A stretch of 64,000 bases of DNA. It comes from Candidatus Eremiobacteria bacterium. Its GTDB lineage: Bacteria; Vulcanimicrobiota; Vulcanimicrobiia; Vulcanimicrobiales; Vulcanimicrobiaceae. A program made the translations under genes and the position numbers. Under the pieces are notes generated by a model, which saw only the letters and a list, made by a program, of their open reading frames with translations, made no database searches and had not been told where the DNA came from. Positions 1 through 13,847 of this stretch are shown piece after piece. Position 1 is the stretch's first letter. The number at the start of each line of letters is the position of its first letter. The stretch covers positions 1,856,001 through 1,920,000 of the forward strand of contig CAVTRC010000001.1 of assembly GCA_963737065.1 (NCBI GenBank). Reading direction: 5' to 3'.

Positions 1-1
1 G

Positions 2-235
2 ACCCAAAGGATCAAGCTCGATAAAGTGCCGCGCGACGTCGCGACGAAAATGGCCGCGGATCTCGAAAAAAAAATGCGCGAATACGCGGCGAACCTGCAG
101 TTCGAAAAGGCTGCGGCGCTGCGCGACGAACTCATCGAGCTGCGTAAACAGATCGGCGGAAACGAATCGCTGCTCTTCCAGGGAAAAGCACCGAAGATTT
201 TCGATACTGCGTTAAAAGAGTTAGTCAATCAATAA
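2..235 (+). CDS. uvrB: Excinuclease ABC subunit B, C-terminal fragment (5'-truncated by window)
   Basis: Frame is open from base 2. LEKKMREYAANLQFEKAAALRDEL is the C-terminal UVR coiled-coil motif. uvrA lies 3.5 kb downstream. Confidence 0.85.
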   Translation, partial: TQRIKLDKVPRDVATKMAADLEKKMREYAANLQFEKAAALRDELIELRKQIGGNESLLFQGKAPKIFDTALKELVNQ

Positions 236-312
236 CGCTGCCGAAAGTTCCCTTTCTTTGCGAGTGATAAGGGCCCGCCCGAATGAGCTGATTATCGTTC
301 CGGCAGGTACAA

Positions 313-444
313 ATGAGCGCGTTGCAAAGCTTGACGATCTACGTGTTCAAAATCACCTTCGAAAAAGCGCCCGCGCTCGATTTGATGTATACGCTCGATA
401 ACGGCCGAACAATCGCGGGCTTGCGTTTCGACTCCTCGTACTAG
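313..444 (+). pseudogene. Small ORF or gene remnant (43 aa)
   Basis: MSALQSLTIYVFKITFEKAPALDLMYTLDNGRTIAGLRFDSSY* looks protein-like and resembles the end of a DUF3887-type beta domain. An in-frame TGA at 289 precedes it. Confidence 0.3.
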
Positions 445-447
445 CGT

Positions 448-2898
448 ATGCGTCTAACGCTGAGAGAAACGCAACGCACGGATGCGATCGTCGTCCTCGA
501 AGCGACGCTTCCGCCGTCCGGAACTCCACAACGATTACGCTATCACACGCGAACGGGGGCATTGCTCCGCGTCGATGGCGTGGTTGCCGGAGCGTTCGAT
601 CGCGAGCATCACGATGTGCAACTCGACGCATCGGATAACGAGCGGCGGTTGGCGCTGGAAGTCGAACGCCGCGCGTTGCCGACGAACGGGCTGCCGTCGG
701 GCGACGGCATACGCTGGCGGCTGATGTTGGTGAATGCGTCGGAAGAGCCGCGGCGGTCAATGGAGGTCTCGCGAGAACGGAGCGGCGTGCCGCGCCCGCC
801 GCACGGCGATCTTATCCTGTGGGCGCACTCTCATCTCGACGTGGCATGGCTATGGAGCTACAGCGAAACACGGCGCAAAGCGATGCGAACGTTCGCAAAC
901 GCGCTCTCAATCGCGGAACGCGACCCTTCGTTCGTCTTCATGCAGAGCCAACCGCAGCTCTACGCGTTCGTCGAAAAAAGCGACGGCCGGTTTTTCGAGC
1001 GCGTTCGCGCCGCGGTGCGCGACGGCCGCTTCGATGCCCAACCGGCCGCGCTATGGGTCGAGCCCGACTGTAACGTGACGTCGGGCGAATCGCTGCTGCA
1101 CCAGATGCTTGCGGCGCACCGCTATTGCATCAAACGGTTTGGCGTCGAACCGTCGATCGCATGGCTCCCGGACACGTTCGGATTTCCGAATACGCTTCCG
1201 ACACTGCTCGCGCACGCGCGCATTCCGTACTTCGCGACGACGAAACTGCAATGGAACGACACGACCCGGTTCCCGTATCCCCAATTCGTGTGGGAAGGAC
1301 CGGATGGTTCGAAGATTGTGAGCGCATTGCTCGCGGCGTACGACGGCGGAGCCGATCCATCGCGAATCGCGACCGCGCGCGCTCGTTGCGAACCGTTGGT
1401 GATCGGCTATGGCGACGGCGGTGGTGGTCCGACGCTCGAACAAGTTCACGTTGCGGAACGCGACGGTGCTTGGCAAGCCCCGTCGGCGTGGTTTAATCTG
1501 CTCGAACGCGATGCGGCGGCGCTGCCGGTTCACCGCGACGAGCTCTATCTCGAGTATCATCGGGGCACGTACACGACGCACCACGACATCAAGGCCATCA
1601 ATGCCGAGCTGGAACGCTCACTTTGTGACGTCGAAGAGCGCGTTGCCTGGTGCGTGGCCGTCCGTGCGCCGCGTGACGTTGTCGACCGTCTGCGCGAACA
1701 ACTGCGAGAAGCGTGGGAAATCGTGCTGCGCAATCAGTTTCATGACGTCTTGCCCGGGACGTCTGTGGGTAGCGCGTACGTCGAATCGCTCGAAGACTAC
1801 GCGCGCGCCCTCGAACTGATCCGTTTTCTGCGCAGCTCGACCGAAGCGATGCTGCCGCGCGCATCGCGCCTTCAATCTGACCCCATCCCGGTCGATCCGG
1901 TCGTGGACGGCGAAGACGTAGTCTTCGACAACGGCATCGTGCGCGCGATTTTCTCGCAAAAAGGTGCATTACTTCACCTCGCCGTCGCCGGTGGACGGAA
2001 CGTCGTCGCGCAAGCGAACGTACTGGGCGCATACCGCGACCGGCCGAGGAAATGGGAAGCGTGGAATCTCGATGCGGGATACGAGCGTCATCGGTTGCGC
2101 GTGAATCCGGCCGGATTCGACACCAGCGACGGCACGCTCAACGTGCGATTCGACGTTGCGGGCTCCCCACTCACGATGCGCGTCTCGCTAGCGCGTGACG
2201 AGCCATTCGTGCGCGTCGATGCGGCAGTGGAATGGCGCGCCGATCGCGCGATTCTGCGTCTCGAAAATTGGTTGACCGTCGGCAGCGGCCGCGTGCGCTT
2301 CGGTGCGCCGCATGGCACGATCGAACGCGACATGGAAACGCGGACACCGGCGGGACGCGCGCGATATGAAGTTCCCGGACAGCGTTTCGCATCGGCCGGC
2401 GACGCCGGCTGCGGGGTCGCGATCTTCGCGCTCGACACGTATGGGTGGAGCGCGCGCGCGCTGCCGCGCGGCGGAATGCAGCTCGGCCATTCGTTGCTGC
2501 GCGCGCCGCGGTGGCCCGATCCGCAAGCCGACCGCGGCGAAGCGCGCCTGTCATGGGCGTTCGCACCCCACGCCGGCGCGACGATCGGTATGCTGGAACG
2601 GGCGTGGGAGCGTTTCGCGATGCCGCCGCGCGTGCGGCTCTTCACCTCGGAGGACGACGCCGTGCTGATTGCTGCGGTAAAGCCGGCTGACGACGGTGAC
2701 GGCGTCATCGTCCGCGTTCGCGAGTGCAACGGCGCGTCGCGTACCGTGCGCATCCGTTGCGGTGCACGCATGCGTACCGTGCGCAGCGTCGATGGGCTCG
2801 AACGTCCGTTGGAGCTTGCCGTTGCGGTCGAAGGCGAGGAGCTTGTTGCGACGATCGACGCGTACAGCTTGCGCAGCTTCCGGGTGCAATTTACTTGA
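448..2898 (+). CDS. GH38 alpha-mannosidase
   Basis: GH38 motifs HSHLDVAWLW, WLPDTFG, ELYLEYHRGTYT and NQFHDVLPG. Confidence 0.92.
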   Translation: MRLTLRETQRTDAIVVLEATLPPSGTPQRLRYHTRTGALLRVDGVVAGAFDREHHDVQLDASDNERRLALEVERRALPTNGLPSGDGIRWRLMLVNASEEPRRSMEVSRERSGVPRPPHGDLILWAHSHLDVAWLWSYSETRRKAMRTFANALSIAERDPSFVFMQSQPQLYAFVEKSDGRFFERVRAAVRDGRFDAQPAALWVEPDCNVTSGESLLHQMLAAHRYCIKRFGVEPSIAWLPDTFGFPNTLPTLLAHARIPYFATTKLQWNDTTRFPYPQFVWEGPDGSKIVSALLAAYDGGADPSRIATARARCEPLVIGYGDGGGGPTLEQVHVAERDGAWQAPSAWFNLLERDAAALPVHRDELYLEYHRGTYTTHHDIKAINAELERSLCDVEERVAWCVAVRAPRDVVDRLREQLREAWEIVLRNQFHDVLPGTSVGSAYVESLEDYARALELIRFLRSSTEAMLPRASRLQSDPIPVDPVVDGEDVVFDNGIVRAIFSQKGALLHLAVAGGRNVVAQANVLGAYRDRPRKWEAWNLDAGYERHRLRVNPAGFDTSDGTLNVRFDVAGSPLTMRVSLARDEPFVRVDAAVEWRADRAILRLENWLTVGSGRVRFGAPHGTIERDMETRTPAGRARYEVPGQRFASAGDAGCGVAIFALDTYGWSARALPRGGMQLGHSLLRAPRWPDPQADRGEARLSWAFAPHAGATIGMLERAWERFAMPPRVRLFTSEDDAVLIAAVKPADDGDGVIVRVRECNGASRTVRIRCGARMRTVRSVDGLERPLELAVAVEGEELVATIDAYSLRSFRVQFT

Positions 2899-3618
2899 CC
2901 GCGCGCAATCTCGAGGTCGCGTTGTTCGATCTGGACGACACGCTTCACGATGATACCGCGGCGTTCCACAGCGCGGCCGAACGAGTGGCGCGCGAAGTTG
3001 CGGCCGAACACGGCGTCGACGCGCTTGCACTCAAAGCAGCGTATATCGCCGAAGCGGAAGGCTTTTGGCATCGCCTGACCACCGACCAATTGAAGACGCG
3101 GCTCTCCGGCGTGCGGCAACAGTTATGGCGGGGCGCACTCGCCCGGTTCGGCATCGAAGATTTGGCGATTGCGAATCGAAGTGCCGAGCGGTATAACGAA
3201 TATCGTAAAAAATACTTCACCGTGTTCCCCGGCGCGATCGATGCGTTACGCACGCTTCGCGAACGCGGAATGAAGCTCGGCATTCTGACCAACGGATTCT
3301 CGGAAACGCATCGCGAGAAAATTGCGCTCCTGCAGATCGGCGAACTCTTCGACGCGATTTTCATTGCGGACGAAGTCGGTATGCTCAAACCCGACCCGCT
3401 GCTCTTCGCGCACGCATGCCGGCAACTCGGCGCTGCGCCGATGCACGGCGCGATGGTCGGCGACCGGTACGACCGCGACATTCGTGGTGCGCTCGACGCG
3501 GGATTGTATGCGGTGTGGCTCAACGTGCGCGATGAACGGATTCCGCGGCGATGCGCCGCACCCGGATGCGATCTGTCATTCGATCGTCGAAGTTCCCGCC
3601 GCGTTGTCGCGTCCATGA
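2895..3618 (+). CDS. HAD-superfamily hydrolase (YjjG-like), apparent frameshift near 3545
   Basis: FDLDDTL, LTNG, KPDP and VGDR motifs. The TTG start overlaps the mannosidase stop. The natural C-terminus (GDAPHPDAICHSIVEVPAALSRP*) is in another frame ending at 3618. Confidence 0.85.
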
Positions 3619-3760
3619 TGCGACAGCAGGAAACCGAGAGGCCGCTTAAGCGTGAATCCCAATCTCCGGCTTGCGCGGGTTACGAGCTTGTCCGACATTT
3701 CGAACAAAATTCAACGCGATCCACAATGACCACACTTTCACAACCTCCAAGAATGTTTGT

Positions 3761-6742
3761 ATGACAACCGGTCTCGACTCGATCGTTATTAAGGGTGCGC
3801 GCGAGCACAACTTAAAGAACATCGACCTTATCCTGCCCCGCAACCGCCTGATCGTCGTGACCGGCCTTTCGGGTTCCGGAAAGTCGTCGCTTGCCTTCGA
3901 TACCATCTATGCTGAAGGGCAACGCCGCTACGTCGAGTCGCTGTCCTCGTACGCGCGGCAGTTCCTCGGGCAAATGGAAAAGCCCGACGTCGATTACATC
4001 GAAGGCTTGTCGCCGGCGATTTCGATCGATCAGAAGTCGACGTCGCGCAATCCGCGCTCGACGGTCGGCACGGTGACGGAAATCTACGACTATCTCCGCC
4101 TGCTCTTCGCACGGATCGGCACGCCGCATTGCTACAACTGCGGCCGCGAGATCAGCTCGCAATCGAGCGAGCAGATCGTTGATTCGATTATGGAACTGCC
4201 GGAAGGCACGCGTCTGCAGCTGCTCGCGCCCCTCGTGCGCGGACGGAAAGGCGAATACACGAAGCTCTTCGAGGAAATTGCGAAGGAAGGCTTCGCGCGC
4301 GTTCGCGTCGACGGCGAAAGCAAAGAATTGCGCGAAAAGATTCCGCTCGACAAAAAACGCAAGCACACGATCGAAGTGATCGTCGATCGTCTTGTGATGA
4401 AGCCCGACGTCCGTAAGCGTCTGACGGATTCCATTGAAACCACGCTGCGTCTGTCGACCGGGATAGTCACGGTGCTCACCGACGAGAAAGAGTTGACGTT
4501 CAGCGAAGCGTTCGCGTGCGTCTATTGCGGCATTTCGTTCGAGGAGCTGGCGCCGCGTCTCTTTTCGTTCAATTCGCCGTACGGCGCGTGTCCCGCGTGC
4601 AGCGGCCTCGGTGAGAAGATCGAAATCGATCCGTGGAAAGTGATTCCCGATCGCACGAAGTCGATTGCGAATGGTGCAATCGTCCCGTGGAGCAAGAGCA
4701 TCGGCAGCGGGCGTTTTCCGTCGATGAATCCGTATTATCTGCAACAGCTCGAGCGCGTGTTGAAGAAGTATCGCGCGAAGATGACCACGCCGGTAGAAGA
4801 CTTCTCCGATGAAGTTCTCGACGTCGTACTCTACGGCACCGACCGCGAGCAGGATTTCGCGTTCACCTCGAAGGCCGGCAAAACGTGGGAGTACCGCTCG
4901 TCCTTCGAAGGCGTCATCAATAACTTGCAGCGCCGTTACAACGAAACATCGAGCGACTACGTCAAGGAAGACATCGAGAAGTACATGTCGGCCTCAACGT
5001 GTCCGGTGTGCAAAGGCGCGCGCCTGAAACCCGAAGCGCTCGCCGTCACCGTCGGCGAGATGAACATCGATCAGCTCACGCGGCTCTCGATCGAGAATTC
5101 CGAGCGATTTTTCCGCGAATTGCAGCTTACCGAACGTCAGGAGCAGATCGCGCACCAGATCGTCAAAGAGGTCCGCGCGCGGCTGGGTTTCCTGACAAAC
5201 GTCGGCCTCAACTACCTCACCCTTTCGCGTTCGGCGACGACACTCTCGGGCGGTGAATCGCAACGTATTCGTCTGGCGACGCAGATCGGCAGCGCACTCG
5301 TCGGCGTCTTGTACATTCTCGACGAACCATCGATCGGATTGCATCAACGCGACAACGATCGTCTGCTCGCGACGTTGAAGACGCTGCGCGATCTCGGGAA
5401 CACGCTCGTTGTGATCGAACACGACGAGGACACGATGCGCGTGGCCGACGTGGTCGTCGATATCGGTCCCGGCGCGGGCGCCGAAGGGGGCGAAGTGCTG
5501 ACGGTCGGGACGCTGGCCGACGTCGTGCGCAATTCAATTTCCGAAACGGGTGCCTATCTGTCGGGCCGCAAGTACATCCCGATTCCCAAGCGCCGGCGCG
5601 AACCGCGCGCGTGGCTCGAAGTGAAGAAGGCAACGGCGAACAACGTGCGCGGCGTCGACCTGAAGTTCCCAATCGGTGTCTTCACCGCGGTGACCGGCGT
5701 GAGCGGCAGCGGCAAATCCACGCTCGTCAATCAGGTGCTCGTGCGCGCGCTCAACCAGCATCTGCACGGTCAGCCCGCCGCCGGAACGTACGGAAGCGTC
5801 AAGGGCGCCGATCAGCTGGACAAGATGGTCGTCATCGATCAGTCGCCGATCGGCCGCACGCCGCGCTCGAATCCCGCCACGTACACCGGTGCGTTCGATC
5901 AAATTCGCGAGCTGTTTTCGCTCGTGCCCGAAGCAAAGATGCGCGGTTACACGCCGGGGCGCTTTTCGTTCAACGTGAAGGGCGGCCGCTGCGAATCGTG
6001 TCAGGGCGACGGCATCATCAAAATCGAGATGCACTTTTTGCCGGACGTCTACGTGCCGTGCGAGGTGTGCAAAGGCAAACGGTATAACGCGCAGACGCTT
6101 GAAGTTAAATACAAAGCCAAGACGATCGCCGACGTGCTCGAGATGCGCGTCGACGAAGCCGCGGAGCTCTTCGCCAATATTCCGCGCATTCACAACAAGC
6201 TCAAGACGATCTGCGAGGTCGGATTGGGCTACATCAAGATGGGCCAACCCGCAACGACGCTCTCGGGCGGTGAAGCGCAGCGCGTAAAACTCGCGACCGA
6301 ACTTTCACGCCGCTCGACGGGGCGTACGTTTTACGTGCTCGACGAGCCGACGACCGGTTTGCACTTCGCGGACATACACAAATTGCTCGAAGTTCTGCAG
6401 CGTCTTGTGGAGACGGGAAACTCGGTTCTCGTCATCGAGCACAACCTCGACGTGATCAAGACGGCGGACTATCTGATCGATCTCGGCCCGGAAGGCGGCG
6501 ATCGCGGCGGCACGGTCGTGGGAACGGGCACGCCGGAAGAACTCGCGCAGAACCGCGCGTCGTACACGGGAGCGTATCTGGTGCCCGTGCTCGCCGACGA
6601 ACGCGCGCACGGTCACCGTATCGTCGACGGCGCTGCGCTCGAACGGCTCGAACGCGAGAACCTCGCCGCGCTCGACGATCTCGCGAACGGTGACCGTCCT
6701 TCGACAGAGCTCAGGACAGGCTCCGTCGCCGTCGAAGCGTAG
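3761..6742 (+). CDS. uvrA: Excinuclease ABC subunit A
   Basis: [35 protein letters not shown], zinc fingers, two LSGGE signatures and [10 protein letters not shown]. Confidence 0.98.
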   Translation: MTTGLDSIVIKGAREHNLKNIDLILPRNRLIVVTGLSGSGKSSLAFDTIYAEGQRRYVESLSSYARQFLGQMEKPDVDYIEGLSPAISIDQKSTSRNPRSTVGTVTEIYDYLRLLFARIGTPHCYNCGREISSQSSEQIVDSIMELPEGTRLQLLAPLVRGRKGEYTKLFEEIAKEGFARVRVDGESKELREKIPLDKKRKHTIEVIVDRLVMKPDVRKRLTDSIETTLRLSTGIVTVLTDEKELTFSEAFACVYCGISFEELAPRLFSFNSPYGACPACSGLGEKIEIDPWKVIPDRTKSIANGAIVPWSKSIGSGRFPSMNPYYLQQLERVLKKYRAKMTTPVEDFSDEVLDVVLYGTDREQDFAFTSKAGKTWEYRSSFEGVINNLQRRYNETSSDYVKEDIEKYMSASTCPVCKGARLKPEALAVTVGEMNIDQLTRLSIENSERFFRELQLTERQEQIAHQIVKEVRARLGFLTNVGLNYLTLSRSATTLSGGESQRIRLATQIGSALVGVLYILDEPSIGLHQRDNDRLLATLKTLRDLGNTLVVIEHDEDTMRVADVVVDIGPGAGAEGGEVLTVGTLADVVRNSISETGAYLSGRKYIPIPKRRREPRAWLEVKKATANNVRGVDLKFPIGVFTAVTGVSGSGKSTLVNQVLVRALNQHLHGQPAAGTYGSVKGADQLDKMVVIDQSPIGRTPRSNPATYTGAFDQIRELFSLVPEAKMRGYTPGRFSFNVKGGRCESCQGDGIIKIEMHFLPDVYVPCEVCKGKRYNAQTLEVKYKAKTIADVLEMRVDEAAELFANIPRIHNKLKTICEVGLGYIKMGQPATTLSGGEAQRVKLATELSRRSTGRTFYVLDEPTTGLHFADIHKLLEVLQRLVETGNSVLVIEHNLDVIKTADYLIDLGPEGGDRGGTVVGTGTPEELAQNRASYTGAYLVPVLADERAHGHRIVDGAALERLERENLAALDDLANGDRPSTELRTGSVAVEA
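6698..6719 (+). repeat. Short REP-like element, copy 1 (in uvrA C-terminal tail)
   Basis: CCTTCGACAGAGCTCAGGACAG, identical to 7429-7449 except for one extra G. Confidence 0.7.
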
Positions 6743-6751
6743 AGCTCGACA

Positions 6752-9126
<2,375 letters not shown>

Positions 9127-9202
9127 GTCCGAAGTCAGTAGGAGCTGCCTGCCTGCGTGACGCACATTGCTTCCTCGCCGCGGCTACGGGGGTGGAGTAG
9201 AA

Positions 9203-9607
9203 GTGGGACAAGCACTATCGGAAGTTGCGGGCTTGCACGCGCGGCTGCAACAACAAGCAGCAGCGTTGTTCTGCAGGCTCGATGAAGAAGGCACGCTGGT
9301 GCATGTTCCGTTTGAGCGGTTCGTCGATGCGGTGGACGTGCACGTACGGACCGATCTCACGATCGGCTACTCGGTATTTTTGCGTCATTCCAATGAGTCG
9401 GTACGGCGGATCGCCGAACGGGCGTTAGCGGATCGCGAAGTCTTTCCGCAGGAGTTCGAGTCGTTTTCGCGTCGTTGGCGCAATGCATCCGAAGAGCGCC
9501 TGCGCTCGCTCGAATTTCGGGAAGAGCTCGAAACGCTCGTGAGCCACCTGCTCAAGCGGATTCGCATCGAAAGGCGTTTGCTCTCGATGCTTTCACATGT
9601 AGCGTGA
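9203..9607 (+). CDS. Hypothetical helical protein, possibly hemerythrin-like
   Basis: GTG start after GGAG. Helical pattern with H...HVRTD...HLLKRIRIERRLL. Confidence 0.55.
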   Translation: MGQALSEVAGLHARLQQQAAALFCRLDEEGTLVHVPFERFVDAVDVHVRTDLTIGYSVFLRHSNESVRRIAERALADREVFPQEFESFSRRWRNASEERLRSLEFREELETLVSHLLKRIRIERRLLSMLSHVA

Positions 9608-11119
9608 GAGCGCGTCCGGTGGAGTCACTTCAGGAATCGCCGCGGCTAAATCGCGCGCAACGTCGCCTGCAATAACGCCGACTTTTCGCTTGCGCGCCGC
9701 ATACCGTCCCGCAAGTCCGTGCCAGTACGCGCCCGCACATGCGGCATCGATCACCGGCAGCCCTTGCGAGAGCAGCGTCGCGATCACGCCGGTCAGCACG
9801 TCTCCCGTTCCGGCCGTCGCAAGCGCGCTGGTTCCGGTCGGATTGATGTGCACGACCGATCCGTCATAGATCAGCGTATCGCTTCCTTTGAGCAGCGTCG
9901 TAACGCCAGTACGGTCGACGAATTCGCGTATGCGTTCGACGCGTTCGCCGGCACGGATCGTCCCCTTCCCAGACAGACGCGCAAATTCTCCCGCATGCGG
10001 CGTAACGACGCATCGTTTGTCGCGCAGCAAATCGAGATGTTTGCTGAAGTGAAAGAGCGCGCTCGCATCGAGAACGATCGGTAACGACACGCGTTCCACC
10101 AGGGATCGAATCATCGTTCCGGTCCAGTCGTCGAGACCGAGACCCGGACCGATTCCAATCGCGCTATTGCGCGACGCAATGCCGGCAAGGTCACTTGCCG
10201 CTTCATCCGCCGGCGAATCGGCGAACGTGACGACAACCTGCTCGACGAGGTGCGCGCGAAGAACGGGTGCTGCGTTGCGCGTCGTCGCGACGGTGACATA
10301 GCCCGCGCCGGCACGCGCTGCGCCGAGCGCGCACAACACTGCAGCACCGGGAAATTGCTCCGAACCGGCGACGAGAAGCGGTGCGCCGGCGCTGCGTTTG
10401 TCGGTATCCGGCCGGCGATGCGGAAGCAGCGCGAGAAACGCGTCGTTGTCGAGTGCGGCGAACGTTTTGGCGTTCGACGCGAGGATCTCGGGCGGGATGC
10501 CGATGTCACCGATCCATACTTCGCCGGCGCACTGCCGGCCGGGTTCGAGCAGCAGCCCGGGCTTGAGCGCGGCGAGCGTAACCGTCAGCGTTGCGCGAAC
10601 CGCATCGTCGCTGCGCGCGCCCGTGCCGGCGTCGACGCCGCTCGGCATGTCGATCGCAAGCACCGGGACACGTTCGCGATTCAGCGCCCGCGCGGCGGCG
10701 CGATACGCTTCGCCGATCGGAAGCCGCGCGCCGGTCCCGAAGAGTCCGTCGATTGCGAGCGCGGCCCCACTGAGCGCAGCGCGCGCACCGTCGTCGTCGG
10801 AGGGAAGAATGCGTTCGTCGACGCCCGCTCCTCGAGCGCGGCTTTGCGCGTCGGTCCTCGCAGCGGATCCGCCTCCCGACGTCGCAGCGTAGACAACGCG
10901 TTCGTACGATGCGGGCAATTCCGCAAGCGCCGCAAATGCGTCGCCGCCGTTGTTTCCCGGTCCGGCAAACGCGACGATGCACCCGCCTGCGGGAACGTGC
11001 TGTACGATCGCTTCGGCAATCCGCTTTCCGGCCGCGCGCATCAGCGCGACGTCGCTGCTCGCCGCGGCGGCTTGCGCATCGGCCGCGCGCATTTCGTCCG
11101 GCGTCAGCACGTACGTCAT
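9593..11119 (-). CDS. nnr: Bifunctional NAD(P)H-hydrate epimerase/dehydratase (YjeF)
   Basis: GPGNNGGD, DGLFGTG, DMPSG, GPGLG, TPHAGEF and ATAGTGDVLTG motifs. Confidence 0.95.
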   Translation of the reverse strand: MTYVLTPDEMRAADAQAAAASSDVALMRAAGKRIAEAIVQHVPAGGCIVAFAGPGNNGGDAFAALAELPASYERVVYAATSGGGSAARTDAQSRARGAGVDERILPSDDDGARAALSGAALAIDGLFGTGARLPIGEAYRAAARALNRERVPVLAIDMPSGVDAGTGARSDDAVRATLTVTLAALKPGLLLEPGRQCAGEVWIGDIGIPPEILASNAKTFAALDNDAFLALLPHRRPDTDKRSAGAPLLVAGSEQFPGAAVLCALGAARAGAGYVTVATTRNAAPVLRAHLVEQVVVTFADSPADEAASDLAGIASRNSAIGIGPGLGLDDWTGTMIRSLVERVSLPIVLDASALFHFSKHLDLLRDKRCVVTPHAGEFARLSGKGTIRAGERVERIREFVDRTGVTTLLKGSDTLIYDGSVVHINPTGTSALATAGTGDVLTGVIATLLSQGLPVIDAACAGAYWHGLAGRYAARKRKVGVIAGDVARDLAAAIPEVTPPDALSRYM

Positions 11120-11478
11120 GATTCGAGCACGACGACGGCGGCAGCCGTTGTTGCGGAATGGGTGATCGTCAGATGAATCGCGCGCACCGAACGGGCGGGC
11201 ACGAGCCGCTCGGCTTCGCCGTAGAGACGAATGATCGGTTTGCCGCTGCGTTCGTGCGATACGCCGACGAGTCGCCACGGAATCGCATGACCGAATGCTT
11301 TGCGCGTCGCTTCCTTCGCCGCAAAAAATCCCGCCAGACGTTCGGGCCAGTGACGCTTGCGCATCGCATAACGCATTTCTTCTTCCGTATAAATCTTGCG
11401 CGCGAACCACGCCAGGGGCCGTTCGTCGAATCGATATCGTTCGACCTCGGCGAGATCAATGCCGATCCCTACGATCAT
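11116..11478 (-). CDS. acpS: Holo-[acyl-carrier-protein] synthase
   Basis: MIVGIGIDL, FAAKEATRKA, SGKP and HLTITHS; usual position upstream of nnr. Confidence 0.95.
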   Translation of the reverse strand: MIVGIGIDLAEVERYRFDERPLAWFARKIYTEEEMRYAMRKRHWPERLAGFFAAKEATRKAFGHAIPWRLVGVSHERSGKPIIRLYGEAERLVPARSVRAIHLTITHSATTAAAVVVLES

Positions 11479-11541
11479 CCCTCGCCGTTCGCAGCGTTCG
11501 AGGAGTTTTCCGGCTGCACGCGTCGAAGGTGAGCGCCCGAG

Positions 11542-12084
11542 ATGGAATCCCGCATTCGCATCGTACCGATCAACACCGTCGATACCGCTTTTCTCGATCG
11601 TCTCGGACCGTGTCTCGAAGAACGCTTCCTTTCTACTGTCGACATCGAACGAGCGCTTGCGGTTCCGCGAACGGCCCTCAACTCCACACGTCAGCAACTG
11701 TTCCTTTCGACGCTCTTCGCGCGCGTGCGACGCGCGCATCCCGAAGGCGGAGCGGTCTTACTGACCCTCACCGATTTCGATCTGTACAAGACGTCGCATC
11801 GGTTCATCTACGGCGACGCTGATGAAACGCAAGCGATCGCGGCCGTGTCGTTGCACCGCCTGCGCTGCGAGTACTACGGCGAAGAGCCGGACGCAAACAT
11901 GCTTTTCCAACGGACGCTCAAAGAATGCGTTCACGAATTGGGTCACGCGTTCGGCTTGAAGCACTGCTACAACGCGCGCTGCGCGATGTACTACTCGAAT
12001 TCGATCTTCGAAACGGACAACAAGATGTCGCACTTCTGTGAGACCTGCGATCGCCGCATTGCCCGGGCGCGCAACGAACGCTGA
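11542..12084 (+). CDS. Archaemetzincin-family Zn metalloprotease (M54)
   Basis: KECVHELGHAFGLKHCYNARCAM...FCETC: HExxHxxGxxH plus the Cys4 pattern. Confidence 0.9.
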   Translation: MESRIRIVPINTVDTAFLDRLGPCLEERFLSTVDIERALAVPRTALNSTRQQLFLSTLFARVRRAHPEGGAVLLTLTDFDLYKTSHRFIYGDADETQAIAAVSLHRLRCEYYGEEPDANMLFQRTLKECVHELGHAFGLKHCYNARCAMYYSNSIFETDNKMSHFCETCDRRIARARNER

Positions 12085-12220
12085 CCGCGCCGGGCTCAGC
12101 GTAAAGGAGCAGGCGACCTAAAGCTAGACGCGATTTTAGCCGTAGACGGAAGAGGACGGCGGCGCGCACGCCCGGGTTTGAGCGCGCTGCAGTACGGTGC
12201 GTCATCCTGAAGGGAGCCTC

Positions 12221-13846
12221 GTGATCTCCGCCTACCTCGCCGGTCTCCGGGCGCGGCTTAGCTTGCCGGCCCGCCTCGCAGTCTCGGCGGTTGCAATTGC
12301 GCTCTGTACGGCGCTAGCGTGGTCCGCACCGGCTGCTCGGATTGAAGCGGTGTTGCTGGTCGTTATCGCGCTTGCCGCCGCCGTCGCCGGAGCGCAGTTC
12401 GGCGCGAGCACGGCGCTCATCGCCGGCATTGCGGAGTACGCGGCGCAAGCACAGCACGGCCACGGCGGGTACACGTCGCTCGCAATCGTCGTTATCGGGG
12501 GCGCGCTGCTGAGCGCGCTTTTCTACGGCGACGTGCCCGCGTCGCGCGCGGCATTATCGAAAGGCGAGCACAACGGCATCGCGTCGAGCAGTATCGCGGC
12601 GCTTGCCTCGGGCATCCGTGAAGTTTCACAAGGCGATTTCACCAAGAACATCGCGGTCAGCGATGCTGCGCTCCAAGAACTCGCGATCGCGCTCAACAAA
12701 CTGATTTTCGGCATGCGCGCATTTCTCGGAAAACTCCACGGCAATGCGAGCCATCTCGGTGGCGCCGGCAACGACCTGCGTACGACCGCGTCGACCGCGC
12801 TCGCCGTCATCGAAGGCGCGGCGGTCGCGCAGGGGCAACTCGACGAAGGCATCCAAGAACAGGCGCGCATCGTCGATGAAGCGACCTCGAAAGTCGTCGC
12901 GCTGACCGAGGCGATCTCGACGATTGCGGCAAGTGCGCAAGAACAGACGCGCAGCCTCGATCAAACCGCGCTCTCCGTCTCGAACATGGCGAGTTCAATC
13001 GAAGAAGTCGCCGCGCAAGTGGATTCCCTCTCGAACATCTCGACGGAGACGTCGCGCACGGCCGAACGCGGCGGGAGCGCGATCGGCACGATCGTCGACG
13101 GCATGCATACCATCCGCAACACGATCAACGATCTCGCCGAAGACATTCGTCAACTCGGCAACAACTCTGAGCAGATCGGCGACATCGTCAAAGTAATCGA
13201 CCGGATCGCAGAGCAGACGAATCTGCTCGCGCTCAACGCGGCAATCGAAGCGGCGCGCGCCGGCGAGCACGGGCGCGGCTTCGCCGTGGTTGCGAGCGAG
13301 ATCCGCAAACTCGCCGACGGCAGCGTTCAGGCGACGAAAGAAATTGCGGGACATATTACGTCGACGCAAGGCGTCATCGCCGAAGTCGTCGGCGCGATGG
13401 AACGCCTCACCGGTCGCGTTGAGGACAGTACGAGCAGCACCAATTCGGCGTCGGGCGCGCTACAAGAGATTGTTTCGGCCGTACAAACGACGAGCAGCCA
13501 AATCGGCGAGATCAGCGCGGTCACGCGTGCGATGAGCATGAATTCCTATCAAGTGATCCGTCAGATCGAAGAGATCACGAAATCGGTCGCGCTCAATTTA
13601 AAAGCGACGCAATCGATGACGCGCCAATCAGACGAAGTCAGCAAAGCGTTCTCCGACATTTCGTCTATTTCGCAGCAGAACGCATCGTCGGTCGAAGTTT
13701 TGACCTACGTCAACAAGGAAGTCACCGATGCCGCACAGCGCATGATGAGCTCAGTAGATCAAATGAATGCGCTCTCGGGCGAAATCGATGGCCGTCTCAA
13801 TAAATTCAAAGTGAGCGATACCGGCACGGAGGGGGTCAGCGCGTAA
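12221..13846 (+). CDS. Methyl-accepting chemotaxis protein with integral-membrane N-terminus
   Basis: [37 protein letters not shown] signalling hairpin, HAMP-like segment and about 4 N-terminal hydrophobic helices. Confidence 0.93.
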   Translation: MISAYLAGLRARLSLPARLAVSAVAIALCTALAWSAPAARIEAVLLVVIALAAAVAGAQFGASTALIAGIAEYAAQAQHGHGGYTSLAIVVIGGALLSALFYGDVPASRAALSKGEHNGIASSSIAALASGIREVSQGDFTKNIAVSDAALQELAIALNKLIFGMRAFLGKLHGNASHLGGAGNDLRTTASTALAVIEGAAVAQGQLDEGIQEQARIVDEATSKVVALTEAISTIAASAQEQTRSLDQTALSVSNMASSIEEVAAQVDSLSNISTETSRTAERGGSAIGTIVDGMHTIRNTINDLAEDIRQLGNNSEQIGDIVKVIDRIAEQTNLLALNAAIEAARAGEHGRGFAVVASEIRKLADGSVQATKEIAGHITSTQGVIAEVVGAMERLTGRVEDSTSSTNSASGALQEIVSAVQTTSSQIGEISAVTRAMSMNSYQVIRQIEEITKSVALNLKATQSMTRQSDEVSKAFSDISSISQQNASSVEVLTYVNKEVTDAAQRMMSSVDQMNALSGEIDGRLNKFKVSDTGTEGVSA

Positions 13847-13847
13847 T

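Noticed and set aside
3700..3763. Possible LexA (GAAC-N4-GTTC) boxes before uvrA
   Set aside because: CGAACAAAATTC has the wrong spacing and GAATGTTTGTAT has two mismatches. Too weak without a known motif for this lineage.
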